A stretch of DNA of 64,000 nucleotides from an uncultured Pseudomonadota bacterium (GTDB taxonomy: Bacteria > Bdellovibrionota_C > UBA2361 > CALMIO01). The stretch spans positions 162,390 through 226,389 of the forward strand of contig CALMIO010000002.1 in NCBI GenBank assembly GCA_937864035.1. Direction: 5' to 3'. The first letter of the stretch is position 1, and each line of letters opens with the position of its first letter. The notes under the pieces were generated by a model. The model did not search any database. It was not told the DNA's origin and saw only the letters and a program-made list of their open reading frames with translations. Shown here one piece after another: positions 9,083-19,125 of the stretch. The position numbers were made by a program, and so were the translations under genes.

Positions 9083-11287
9083 TTACCGCTTACTATAAAA
9101 CCAAAGATAAGTAAAACCGCTTCCATTCCATGGGCGACGATTGATAGCAAAATTCAAAAACCTTTTTAAAGTCATCTGCCCATAGTCAGGCACCCACCAA
9201 CCACGCAATGTAATCCTTCTAGCAGAAAAACCTTCCGGTGGATTAGCCTGATCCGAGTAAGATGATAAAAGATAATCAAACTCCTTGCGTTCATTAGGGT
9301 TAGCGGTAAAGCGATATTCCGGAATACCAACCATATACCAAGTCATTGGCCAAACAGAATCGCCCTCTCCTAAAATCTTAATAGGTTTACTAGAGAGATT
9401 TTCCAAAGATTCTCTTCTAATAGCTTGCATAATATTATCAAACTCTCGTGTTGTGTGAACCTGCGAAATAAACTCTGTTTCCGAGCCAGCGTAAACATAG
9501 TTAACCTGAATCGCCGTACGTATCGAAATAATTGATAATAAGATCAACAAAAACGGCTCTAAGTTAATTTTTGGCAAAAAAGGATATATCCTATTGATCT
9601 GATAAAGCCCATAAAAAACAAATCCATAACCAAAGAATAAAAGGTTTTGCTGACTACCACTATAAAGATCAGCAATAAAAGTTTTAAAACCAGAAGCCCT
9701 AAAGAGATTTAAAGTAACTTCAAAAAACCGCCCTGAAAAAATGACACTCAGACTAAGGATGTTTTCTGCAACAAAAAGTACGGCCAAAGTCAAAAAGATT
9801 AATCCTAAATATCGACAAATCTGACCAAAACAAAAGTTGCTAAAAGATTTATAAATACTGAGTCGCGGAAGATAAGAATCATAAAAAAGAGTTAAATAAA
9901 CGAAACCAGCCGTTAGCGGATAAATTGAAAGCCAAGGAACCTTTTCTCCTAAATAACTGTAAGTAAAAAATGAAGCTGTGAAAAAATATCCAGTAAAAGC
10001 TAAAACTCGCTCCCGCTTGGCAAGATGCGCTGAAGTCACGATCAATCCGTTGGCAATGAGCAGGATAAAACCAATAACATCTATGTTGTCTTTTAACTTA
10101 AATGTTTTCCAAATGGTTATATCTTCTATAAGCACGCCAGAAGCATTTGTAATCGCCGCCGCCAAAAAAGCAACGAATAATAAACTCAAAGAGAAAAAAC
10201 GCCCAAACTGACCAAGACTTTTGTATAAAATAATCACTTGCCCAAACATGGCCAGCAAAAACACCAGCTCATACCAACAAAACATATAAAAATGAATCAT
10301 AAAAGGACCTTTGATCCTTTCGATCGTATGGTGATGCAACCAATAGGGCAAACACTCTTTGTACAAGCCGCCTAGTATGCCACCGGAGTAACGGAAGCCG
10401 GAAGAATACAAATAACAAAATATAAAAGTCGAGATCGCAACGCCGATAAAAGTTTCAACTGGATAGCGCCAAAGCAGAGTTTTATTCATGTAAACAACCA
10501 GAGAAATAACCGGCAAAGCAACGAGCAGATAAGCTCCTCCCCAATTCTCTGGAAAATACCCATGAAAAACTAAAGCACCGAGCAAGCCCGCCACGATCAA
10601 ACCCGCATGAATCAAGATGCCGCTAATTTGACTACTGCGTTCGCGAAAAACAACCCATTTAAAAAGCGCTTCGTAAATTATAAAACCCAATAAAATAGCG
10701 ATAGTTACAAAGACATTTGCCTTTATACAGTATTGCAAAGTAAATCCAATCAAGAAAAAGAACGGCTTATATCTGTCACTTACTAAAGTCACACCAACTA
10801 ACGCAATTAATAAACTGGTCACGACAAAATAATCATGTATAAGAAAGCGTGACCAATAAACAAGACTAGGTGAAAACGCTATGCCAACAATTAAAGCCAA
10901 ACAAGCACGCGGAGAAAAAAAGCTTCTAAAAATAAGTGGTAAAAATATAAACAAAGAACCCAAAAAGGCTGTGGATGCGCGTGCTGCAAAAAAGGTAGAG
11001 TCAAAAAAATTATAAACCAGCCTTAAAAAATTGTAGAGCAATGGACCATGCAACATCGGATTATACCGATAATATTGATGTTCGGGAAAATCGTAAAAAT
11101 ATTTTCCAAACATCGCGTGCTGAGATTCGTCATGATGGAAAGGCTTGTCCGCCAAGTCGAACCAACGCAGGGCCAATCCAATTGCGGACGCCAGCACAAA
11201 AATTATCCATTGGCGCGTTGAAAAATAAGAGAGCAGATCGGAAGATTGTTTTTTTTCTCCGTCAGAATTCATCTTAGAAAAAACCAT
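9083..11287 (-). CDS. GT-C fold membrane glycosyltransferase-like protein (ArnT/PMT family 39-like)
   Basis: 734 aa and highly polytopic. Early periplasmic-loop motif DKPFHHDESQHAMFG after TM1, as in ArnT/PMT_2-type enzymes. Soluble C-terminal domain. Confidence 0.6.
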   Translation of the reverse strand: MVFSKMNSDGEKKQSSDLLSYFSTRQWIIFVLASAIGLALRWFDLADKPFHHDESQHAMFGKYFYDFPEHQYYRYNPMLHGPLLYNFLRLVYNFFDSTFFAARASTAFLGSLFIFLPLIFRSFFSPRACLALIVGIAFSPSLVYWSRFLIHDYFVVTSLLIALVGVTLVSDRYKPFFFLIGFTLQYCIKANVFVTIAILLGFIIYEALFKWVVFRERSSQISGILIHAGLIVAGLLGALVFHGYFPENWGGAYLLVALPVISLVVYMNKTLLWRYPVETFIGVAISTFIFCYLYSSGFRYSGGILGGLYKECLPYWLHHHTIERIKGPFMIHFYMFCWYELVFLLAMFGQVIILYKSLGQFGRFFSLSLLFVAFLAAAITNASGVLIEDITIWKTFKLKDNIDVIGFILLIANGLIVTSAHLAKRERVLAFTGYFFTASFFTYSYLGEKVPWLSIYPLTAGFVYLTLFYDSYLPRLSIYKSFSNFCFGQICRYLGLIFLTLAVLFVAENILSLSVIFSGRFFEVTLNLFRASGFKTFIADLYSGSQQNLLFFGYGFVFYGLYQINRIYPFLPKINLEPFLLILLSIISIRTAIQVNYVYAGSETEFISQVHTTREFDNIMQAIRRESLENLSSKPIKILGEGDSVWPMTWYMVGIPEYRFTANPNERKEFDYLLSSYSDQANPPEGFSARRITLRGWWVPDYGQMTLKRFLNFAINRRPWNGSGFTYLWFYSKR

Positions 11288-11352
11288 CTAAACAAAATAA
11301 ATGTTTTATTTTTATTTAACTTTACAATAGTAAGCAAACATCTGTCAGCCGA

Positions 11353-12651
11353 TTATTTGTTTAAGTTGCCCAGCATCAATCTGGCGACTTTTCTACCTTC
11401 GCGAACGGCGTAATTAGTGCCGCGATCTTCGGGGTATATTTGCGCCATCGTTGCCAGCCAAATTTTTGGATCTGGAGTTCGATAGTCAGGAATGATCTTT
11501 GAATAACCGCGCGTTATAATCGGCTGGCTGTGTTCAGCGCGCCAAACAGAGCTCGAAATAACCCAGTCTTTACTAAATGCCGGAAAGATCTTTTGCAAAT
11601 ATGGCAAAGAATAATCAAAAAACTCTTCCGAAGACATTTGAAATAAGCGATCTTCCACGGCAACATATTTAGATAAATAAGCGATTCGCGATCCACCATA
11701 GTTTTTATAATCATCCATGTTGGTGTGTTCGATCAAACCAACAAAAGGAAAACTTGGATCGGCAACATTTAACCAATATGTTTTAGAAAGGCTCTGCTTT
11801 AACTCTAAAATTAAACAAACATTTCCTAAATATCTAATCTTTGATATTTGATCGATATAAGAAAGGGGTAATTTGGAAGCAATCTCTTTAAAGATCGGTA
11901 TAGGGGTAGTTACTAGCGCCTGTTCCGCCTTTATCTTACTCTGATTTGTTTCTATAATAACACCATCTTCAAATGAATGTATCTTAGAAGCTTGTAAATT
12001 TAAACAAAGTTCCACCCCAAGTTTTTCAAGATTTTCTTTGATGATCTCAGAAAGAGCAAAAAATCCCCCATCAAAATAAGCCAAACTCTCCCTCCCCCCC
12101 CTTTTGCGGCTAGATCCTCTTAGTTTTAGTTTATTCCAAAACCAAACTGCAGCTACATTTTCGGCTTCCGCGCCAAATTTGCCTTTTAGTAGGGGTTCCC
12201 AAATAACTTTAAAAGCCTTTTCGCCTCCTATTTTCTTGAGCCATTCAATCGCTGAAGCATTCTCTAAAGTGCGCCAATTTTTTATACGCCTAGCATAAAG
12301 AGCCAGTAACCCTGTGCGAATTCTGTCGATCAACGGAATAGCCGGAAACGATATAAGATCTAATGGGCTAGCTAAACGAAAAATTGAATTGGCATAGTAT
12401 AATCCCGTATTGGTTTGATGAAATTTAATTTTATCTTTAGCGCCAAGTTCTTCGATCCATTCAAGAATATCGTTATCAGACGAAAACCAGTGATGATAAA
12501 ATTTTTCAACTCGCGCTCCGGTAGAAAGAGTAAAAGTTCCTGCTAAACCTCCAATATCAGGCTCTCTCTCGATAATAATGACTTTGCGTCCCGCTTTGGC
12601 AAGTTCGTAGGCGGCGGCAAGGCCGGTGTAACCAGCTCCAATGATTGCTAT
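11353..12651 (-). CDS. FAD/NAD(P)-binding oxidoreductase (phytoene-desaturase/amine-oxidase superfamily); start codon unresolved
   Basis: The track ORF starts at TTG 12333, but the same frame is open up to the stop at 12732-12730. It encodes IAIIGAGYTGLAAAYELAKAGRKVIIIEREPDIGG (GxGxxG plus acidic end of beta2) at 12648-12550. Only AUA/AUC/AUU codons are available as starts. Confidence 0.7.
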   Translation of the reverse strand: MAIIGAGYTGLAAAYELAKAGRKVIIIEREPDIGGLAGTFTLSTGARVEKFYHHWFSSDNDILEWIEELGAKDKIKFHQTNTGLYYANSIFRLASPLDLISFPAIPLIDRIRTGLLALYARRIKNWRTLENASAIEWLKKIGGEKAFKVIWEPLLKGKFGAEAENVAAVWFWNKLKLRGSSRKRGGRESLAYFDGGFFALSEIIKENLEKLGVELCLNLQASKIHSFEDGVIIETNQSKIKAEQALVTTPIPIFKEIASKLPLSYIDQISKIRYLGNVCLILELKQSLSKTYWLNVADPSFPFVGLIEHTNMDDYKNYGGSRIAYLSKYVAVEDRLFQMSSEEFFDYSLPYLQKIFPAFSKDWVISSSVWRAEHSQPIITRGYSKIIPDYRTPDPKIWLATMAQIYPEDRGTNYAVREGRKVARLMLGNLNK

Positions 12652-13619
12652 TGGTTGCTTTTGTTTTTCTGTGATAATGGCTCTCCCTCGATCTCTGAAA
12701 TAATATATAGGGGGCGATTTTGTCCCTGCTCAAAAATTCGCCCAACATATTCCCCCAAAATTCCAAGTACTATCAACTGCACTCCACCAAGCAACAAAAT
12801 GGACGCCATAATCGAAGTATAACCGGGAAAATTGATTCCTAAAAATTTTAAAACAATAACGACCGCGATGTAAAAAAAAGCGAAAATCGAAACCCAAACC
12901 CCTAAAAAAGAAGCCGCTCGCAGAGGCATGTAAGAAAATGAAGTAATCGCGTCAAAAGCGAGTTTCAAAGATTTTTTAAAGGGATATTTTGTTTCGCCGG
13001 CAAATCTCGGAGGGCGTTCGTAAAAAATTGGACATTGTTTAAAGCCAACCCAAGACACCATACCACGCACAAAACGATGGCGTTCACGAAGAGAATTTAA
13101 AGCATCTAACGCGCGGCGATCTATCAGCCTAAAATCTCCAGTATCTCTCGGCACTTCAATTTTTGCTATGCGAGAAAGAATCCTATAAAAACCATAAGCA
13201 AAAAGCTTTTTTAGCTTTGGTTCTCCTTGCCTAACAGATCTCTGTCCGTAAACAACGTCATAACCTTGACGCCACTTGTCAAGCATTTCTGGTAAAAGCT
13301 CCGGAGGATCTTGCAAATCAGCATCAATGATTAAAACAACCTCTCCTTTAGCTTGATCAAGACCAGAGGTCAACGCTAACTGGTGACCAAAATTTCTTGA
13401 AAGTTTGATTCCCTTAAGCTGAGGATATAGCGAGCGGCTCTCTTTAATCACACTCCAAGTTTGATCCGTACTGCCATCATCAATTAAGATAATTTCATAT
13501 TGATTAGAGAGATCTTTTAATACTGCTGTTAACCTTTTTAAAAGTTCCGGAATACCCTCCGCTTCATTAAAGCAAGGAGCCACAACGGAGATACTGTTTG
13601 GTTTTTCTCTAGATCTCAT
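12648..13619 (-). CDS. GT2 polyprenyl-phosphate glycosyltransferase (DPM1/GtrB/ArnC-like)
   Basis: ISVVAPCFNEAEGI, ILIDDGSTDQT and DADLQDPPE motifs, plus two C-terminal TM helices, as in GtrB/ArnC. Confidence 0.85.
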   Translation of the reverse strand: MRSREKPNSISVVAPCFNEAEGIPELLKRLTAVLKDLSNQYEIILIDDGSTDQTWSVIKESRSLYPQLKGIKLSRNFGHQLALTSGLDQAKGEVVLIIDADLQDPPELLPEMLDKWRQGYDVVYGQRSVRQGEPKLKKLFAYGFYRILSRIAKIEVPRDTGDFRLIDRRALDALNSLRERHRFVRGMVSWVGFKQCPIFYERPPRFAGETKYPFKKSLKLAFDAITSFSYMPLRAASFLGVWVSIFAFFYIAVVIVLKFLGINFPGYTSIMASILLLGGVQLIVLGILGEYVGRIFEQGQNRPLYIISEIEGEPLSQKNKSNQ

Positions 13620-13722
13620 AGCAATATATCTGTCAAAACAAAATTTTAGCCGATTCGGTCAAGTTTCGATAGCAGGAAGTCTTTTCTAAGATATATTCCA
13701 TCGCCCGCGAAATATCGCTATA

Positions 13723-14862
13723 TTATTTCGCCACTAATTTCTCAACATAGTCTTTAAAGCTAAACCATTTTGAAAGTTCGGAAGCGTTTCTTTTTTTTCT
13801 CCGCCAATAGTAAGCGCGCCGCTCCAAAGCCCTTCTCAGCAGCAGAGTTACCTCATAGAGAGCCGGCAGTGATGTTTGTTCCTTAAAAAACAATGCCAAA
13901 AAAACAATCATATTTCTTAAAAACAATCCAAAAATGTTGGCGCTCAGCGAAGTGCTTAAATAGAAAAGATTAAGCTGAAGCAAAAACCTGTTTTTGACCC
14001 CAAGTTTATTGATAAACGGATCAAGTGAAGCTCTTTTTTCTGGAGTTACCCGTCTCTTATGGTAAACAACCGCTTTCGGCAGATAAATTGTTTGCCAACC
14101 AAAGAGATTTGCGCGCCAAGCAAGCTCAGCATCTTCGCGATAAGCAAAAAAAGCTTCATCAAAAAGCTGAGCCCTACAATCATCATCAGAAAGTTGAGGA
14201 TATACTTTGAGTTTATCGTTTTCAAATTTTAAATTATCACAAATTAGATCCAGAACACACTCTCTTTTAATTAAAAGACACGCTCCCGTACCTCCAAAAA
14301 CAACCGCTGGTTCGTTATATTGGCCGTTGTCAACTTGATACTGCCCGCGATCAAAATGTCTCAAGAAAGGTGTCATAACAATACCCGCCGAATCGATAAG
14401 CTCTTTGGAGTCAGCTTTTCGTTCTCCGTTATCCAAAAGCATTTTAGGAGTGGCAAATCCAAAGTTTGGATTAAGCATAATCCCGCGAATCATTTCAGCC
14501 AAAGCGCTTGGCGCAAGTTTGGCATCAGGATTAAGAGTTAAAAAAAAATCAAAGCCTAAATCTAAAAATTTTCTAACTCCCCTGTTAACTCCCGCCGCAA
14601 AACCAATATTTTGGGAGAGAAGTTCCACTTGCAAGCTGGAGTAATCGCTCTTTTGTATAATCTCTCTTGTGCCATCGGTTGAACAATTATCAAGCAGGGA
14701 AACCATCAAGTTGTCAAACAATTTAAAGCCTTCAAGCGCAGTTAATGACTTTAAAACTTCTTCGATGGTGTCGGCGTTATTCCAACAAACAATATGAATA
14801 AAAACTTTGCTCACGATTTTAAATCTTCTTTCAAGAGAAAGATTGTTTTTTGCGCAAAGCAA
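13723..14862 (-). CDS. Family 2 glycosyltransferase
   Basis: IHIVCWNNADT...NCSTDGT...LNPDA...YREDAELAWR, a GT2 (WbbL/rhamnosyltransferase-like) pattern. The start may instead be GTG 14814, which would remove the 32-nt overlap with pckG. Confidence 0.75.
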   Translation of the reverse strand: MLCAKNNLSLERRFKIVSKVFIHIVCWNNADTIEEVLKSLTALEGFKLFDNLMVSLLDNCSTDGTREIIQKSDYSSLQVELLSQNIGFAAGVNRGVRKFLDLGFDFFLTLNPDAKLAPSALAEMIRGIMLNPNFGFATPKMLLDNGERKADSKELIDSAGIVMTPFLRHFDRGQYQVDNGQYNEPAVVFGGTGACLLIKRECVLDLICDNLKFENDKLKVYPQLSDDDCRAQLFDEAFFAYREDAELAWRANLFGWQTIYLPKAVVYHKRRVTPEKRASLDPFINKLGVKNRFLLQLNLFYLSTSLSANIFGLFLRNMIVFLALFFKEQTSLPALYEVTLLLRRALERRAYYWRRKKRNASELSKWFSFKDYVEKLVAK

Positions 14863-16594
14863 TTTCCATCAGTTTTTCCGGCAAACGACTTCCTAAGCTT
14901 TGAAAATATTTTATTATTCCTTCTAACTCTTCGCGCCAAGCGTTGTGATCTATTTTAAACAGCTCGTTTTGAATCTCTTCTGTTAATTTTAATCCTTCAA
15001 AGTTAATCTCATTGATGTCTGGCAAAAAACCTATCTCAGATTTTTTTCCGGTCATCTGATTTTCTAATCGATTAAAAATCCATTCTAATACCCGGATATT
15101 CTCGCCAAATCCCGGCCAAATAAACTCTCCTCGCTCTCCAGTTCTAAACCAATTGACGTGAAAAATCTGCGGCAATTGAAGATCGGATCTCAAGCCAAAC
15201 GATAACCAATGACTCAGATAATCCCCGACGTTGTAACCAATAAAGGGGCGCATCGCCATCGGGTCGCGAGCAAGTTCGCCAATCTTTCCTTCGGCTGCCG
15301 CCGTTCTTTCAGATGCCATTGAAGCTCCGGCAAAAACCCCCTCTTCCCAAGAAAACGTTTGATAAACTAATGGCGCCAACTTTGATCTTCTGCCACCAAA
15401 AATAATTGCCGATATTGGGACTCCATTAGGATCTTCCCAAGCAGGATCAATTGATGGGCACTGTCTGGCTGGTGCCGTAAAACGAGAGTTCGGATGAGCA
15501 GCTTGTGTTCCTAAATCTGGCGACCATTCATTCCCAAGCCAATCAATAGCGAGTTGAGGCGGATGGGCTGTCATCTTTTCCCACCAAGGTGTTTGATCGG
15601 CTAAATTAAGGGCAACATTAGTAAAAATTGTATTAGCCCGCGTGGTTGCAATTGCGTTCGGATTTGTCTTTAAAGAAGTTCCGGGAGCAACTCCAAAAAA
15701 ACCATTTTCCGGATTTATTGCCCAGAGCCTGCGATCTTCTCCGACCCTAAGCCAAGCAATATCATCGCCTACTGTCGTTATCTCCCATCCCGCTTCTTGA
15801 TAACTTTTGGGGGGAATTAGCATCGCTAAATTTGTTTTGCCGCATGCCGAAGGAAAAGCAGCTGCGAAATATTTTTTCTTTCCTTTGGGATTTTTAATAC
15901 CGAGAATCAGCATGTGTTCAGCTAACCATCCCTCTTGTTTAGCAATACATGAAGCAAGACGGAGAGCAAAACATTTTTTCGCCTGCAACGCGTTACCTCC
16001 ATAACCAGAGTTAAAACTAATAACTCTATTTTCATCAGGGAAATGCGCAATAAAACGATTTTGAGCATCAAATGTTCCAACCGAATGAGTGCCTTTAACA
16101 AAATCTTGCGCGTCATTTGCAAGTTGCTTCATGGCAACATCTCCTATTCGCGCCATTATTCGCATGTTTTGGACAACATATAGGGAATCTGTCAGCTCAA
16201 ACCCAACTTTAGTGAAAGGAGAACCAAGCGGTCCCATTAAATATGGAATAACGTACATAGTGCGACCGCGCATACACCCGCTCATCAATTTTTTAAGGGT
16301 GCTTTTCAGTTCTTCTGGATCTCGCCAATTATTTAGTGGTCCCGCATCATCAGGATTTTTTGTGGATATATATGTTTGGCTTTCAACTCTAGCGACATCG
16401 CTTGGATGAGAGCGCGACAAAAAACAATTGGGATAAAGTTGTTTATTAAGCTCAATAAAAGTACCTGCTTTGACAAGCTCATTATTAAATATTTTTGATT
16501 CCTCGTCACTACCATTAACCCAAACAACTTGATCGGGAAGGAGATAATCAACCTCCGATTTAATCCACTCATCCAAATATTTATTCATTAACAA
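14831..16594 (-). CDS. pckG: Phosphoenolpyruvate carboxykinase (GTP)
   Basis: 587 aa. FPSACGKTNLAML kinase-1a P-loop specific to GTP-dependent PEPCK, and the overall pattern is conserved. Confidence 0.9.
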   Translation of the reverse strand: MLMNKYLDEWIKSEVDYLLPDQVVWVNGSDEESKIFNNELVKAGTFIELNKQLYPNCFLSRSHPSDVARVESQTYISTKNPDDAGPLNNWRDPEELKSTLKKLMSGCMRGRTMYVIPYLMGPLGSPFTKVGFELTDSLYVVQNMRIMARIGDVAMKQLANDAQDFVKGTHSVGTFDAQNRFIAHFPDENRVISFNSGYGGNALQAKKCFALRLASCIAKQEGWLAEHMLILGIKNPKGKKKYFAAAFPSACGKTNLAMLIPPKSYQEAGWEITTVGDDIAWLRVGEDRRLWAINPENGFFGVAPGTSLKTNPNAIATTRANTIFTNVALNLADQTPWWEKMTAHPPQLAIDWLGNEWSPDLGTQAAHPNSRFTAPARQCPSIDPAWEDPNGVPISAIIFGGRRSKLAPLVYQTFSWEEGVFAGASMASERTAAAEGKIGELARDPMAMRPFIGYNVGDYLSHWLSFGLRSDLQLPQIFHVNWFRTGERGEFIWPGFGENIRVLEWIFNRLENQMTGKKSEIGFLPDINEINFEGLKLTEEIQNELFKIDHNAWREELEGIIKYFQSLGSRLPEKLMEIALRKKQSFS

Positions 16595-17888
16595 CTCTCC
16601 TGATTACATCTTCTATAAAATCTGGGTCATTTGATTCTAACAATTTGCCGTTAATATAAAGCGTTGGAGTGGCGGCAAGTTGAAGATACAAACCAAAAGC
16701 GATCTCTTGACGAAGTTTGTCAACAGTAGCCTCAGCCAATAAACATTTTTCTAATTTATTTTGGCTTAATTTAGTCGAATTCAATTTAGAAAGAACTTGA
16801 TTTAAATTAGAAGAAATGTCGTTTCCTTCCAATTTAATTTCATAAAGAGTATTTAAGATCTGCTTGGTTGACAACGAACGATCTTCTTCGGTCAAACATA
16901 AAGAAATTTTTGCTAAAGTACAGGCGCTTGGGTGCATTTTGCTTGAAAGTGCCGGATTACATTCGGAATCAAGAGGAAAGTTTACAAATACCAAATAAAT
17001 TTTATCGGCGAATTTCTCCATGATTTTCTCAAGCGAGCGGTTCAAGTTTTGGCAAGCAGGACACTCAAAATCAGAAAATTTAACTATTTTAACAGGAGCT
17101 TCAGCAGGACCAACGGTAATAGTTGGAACAAGAGGCATCTTTAGCAGATCTTCTCGCGGCTGGGCAAGTTGCCACCTTCTTGCCATTTTTTTGATTGCTA
17201 GTTCTTTTTCAGAATATCCGCTTTGAGCTTGTAGGTAGTGTTTAAAAACAATCGGCATAGAAAATGCCGCCCCAATCATGATAAGAATTGAAAAAATATT
17301 TGAATATAAAAACTTTATTCCATCTATAAGACCGCCTTTTGCTCCTTTTTCGTTGATAAAAATTATTAAAGAGACCCCAAACAACGCGAACGAAATGATG
17401 TACGAAGCAATGCAAATTAAACAAAAACTTTTAATTATAAATTGCGAGATTAAAAATAGAACAATACTTAAAGTCATCGCCAAATCTGCCATGATAAAAA
17501 GCAAAAAAGCATGACCTTTAGCTGACAAAGATCCTCTTTGACGAGAACTCGCTACAAAGAAAACGATCATAAAAAAGATCATTCCTAGTATAGAATTTTT
17601 TACTCCAGGAATAAGCTCACTCCAACTGCTTGAAACAACCAGATCACAGTTGAAAGCTTGATTTATATTGCAAAAAGATCTCCCTTCTTGCAGGCCATTT
17701 TCCAGCTTAATCTGATGAAACAACGCCAGCGCTGAAACAAATATTCCACAAGCAGCGAGTATTAAAGTAAGCGCCAGCAGAGGTCGATTATTTTTATTTT
17801 CGACAAATTGATCCGTAGTCAAAGCAGTCACTTGAAAGATAAAATTAAGATTATTTAAATAAAATAGAAGTTTCTTTACTATCTTCAA
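16581..17888 (-). CDS. VKOR-family membrane oxidoreductase fused to a thioredoxin/DsbA-like domain
   Basis: Loop Cys pair (SFCNINQAFNC), membrane CLIC active site, and a C-terminal periplasmic domain with FECPAC (CxxC). Overlaps the pckG start by 14 nt. Confidence 0.7.
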   Translation of the reverse strand: MKIVKKLLFYLNNLNFIFQVTALTTDQFVENKNNRPLLALTLILAACGIFVSALALFHQIKLENGLQEGRSFCNINQAFNCDLVVSSSWSELIPGVKNSILGMIFFMIVFFVASSRQRGSLSAKGHAFLLFIMADLAMTLSIVLFLISQFIIKSFCLICIASYIISFALFGVSLIIFINEKGAKGGLIDGIKFLYSNIFSILIMIGAAFSMPIVFKHYLQAQSGYSEKELAIKKMARRWQLAQPREDLLKMPLVPTITVGPAEAPVKIVKFSDFECPACQNLNRSLEKIMEKFADKIYLVFVNFPLDSECNPALSSKMHPSACTLAKISLCLTEEDRSLSTKQILNTLYEIKLEGNDISSNLNQVLSKLNSTKLSQNKLEKCLLAEATVDKLRQEIAFGLYLQLAATPTLYINGKLLESNDPDFIEDVIRRVVNE

Positions 17889-17919
17889 ATTAACATATAG
17901 TCATTTTACTTTAAAGCGA

Positions 17920-19125
17920 ATGGATAATAAGCCTGATTGGAAGATTATAGAGCCAAACTTAGAAAAAATAACTATTGGTAATAAAGATATTTACCTGCTT
18001 GGAACAGCTCACATTAGCGAAGAAAGCGCCATTCAAGCGGAAAAAATTATCAAACAAATCTGCCCCACAACCGTCGCGGTAGAGCTTTGCCAGCCACGTT
18101 TTGAAGCTTTAAACAATCCAGAACGTTGGAAAAACACCGACATTTTCAAAGTCATTCGAGAAAAAAGAGCTTTTTTGCTGTTAGCACAGTTATTTTTAGC
18201 CGCCTTTCAAGCGAAGCTCGGCAAAGAACTTAAAATCAAACCGGGCGCGGAAATGCTAGCTGCTATTGAAGCCGCCAAAGAAGTTGGCGCGGAGATTATC
18301 TTGGCCGATCGCGAGATTAAAATAACTCTAAGACGAGCTTTTGCAAAACTTTCTTGGTTTGCGATCGGAAAATTAATCGTTTCGTTGATATTTTCTAGCT
18401 TTGATCGAAAGCAAATCTCACGCGAAGAAATTGAGCGGATAAAATCGGCTGACGCGCTTGATGAACTGCTAAGAGAATTCTCAAAGGAATTGCCAGAGTT
18501 AAAAGAAACCTTAATAACCGAACGGGACAAATTTATATCGAATAAAATTGCAACTGCAACTAGTTCGTCAATTGTTGTAATTATAGGGGCTGGACATATT
18601 CCCGGAGTCAAGCATTATCTTCTAGAAGGTGTTACATCTGAGGAAATTAGCAAGCTAACCGTTTTGCCGAGTAGATCGCCAACTATTAGAATTATTAGCT
18701 GGTTGTTTTTGGCTTTTTTTCTCGCTTTTTTTATCTATGGTTTTTTGACTGGCGGCGGAGCAAAAGTAAACGATCTTTTTTGGTCTTGGATTTTAATCTC
18801 CAGTCTTTCTGGGGCGATTGGAGCGGCAATCGCGCTAGCTCATCCACTAAGTGTATTGGCAACCGCTTTAAGCGCCCCGCTTATTGCTCCTCATCCAATG
18901 GTTAGGGTTGGTTGGATAACTGGATTGGTTGAAGCTTACTTTAGAAGGCCAAGAGTCTCCGATCTTGAGAATATTTTAGAAGACATAACAACTTTAGGGG
19001 GAATTTATAGAAATCGTCTCTGTAAAATTTTAATCTTAATCGCGATAGTCAATACCACTGTTTTGATTGGTTCAATTTATGGCATAAAAGTAATAGCCGA
19101 AATGACATTAAATTACGCCAACTAA
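17920..19125 (+). CDS. TraB/GumN family protein
   Basis: LLGTAHISEES and IGAGHIPGV motifs, plus a C-terminal membrane domain. Confidence 0.7.
   Translation: MDNKPDWKIIEPNLEKITIGNKDIYLLGTAHISEESAIQAEKIIKQICPTTVAVELCQPRFEALNNPERWKNTDIFKVIREKRAFLLLAQLFLAAFQAKLGKELKIKPGAEMLAAIEAAKEVGAEIILADREIKITLRRAFAKLSWFAIGKLIVSLIFSSFDRKQISREEIERIKSADALDELLREFSKELPELKETLITERDKFISNKIATATSSSIVVIIGAGHIPGVKHYLLEGVTSEEISKLTVLPSRSPTIRIISWLFLAFFLAFFIYGFLTGGGAKVNDLFWSWILISSLSGAIGAAIALAHPLSVLATALSAPLIAPHPMVRVGWITGLVEAYFRRPRVSDLENILEDITTLGGIYRNRLCKILILIAIVNTTVLIGSIYGIKVIAEMTLNYAN

Noticed and set aside
12655-12672. Possible -1 frameshift fusing the GT2 (12648..13619) to the oxidoreductase at cag aaa aac aaa agc.
   Set aside because: The oxidoreductase frame is -1 relative to the GT2, and G AAA AAC resembles a slippery heptamer. 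However, the P-site re-pairing (AAA to GAA) is poor and I see no downstream stimulatory structure. It is kept only as an alternative within the start-codon finding.
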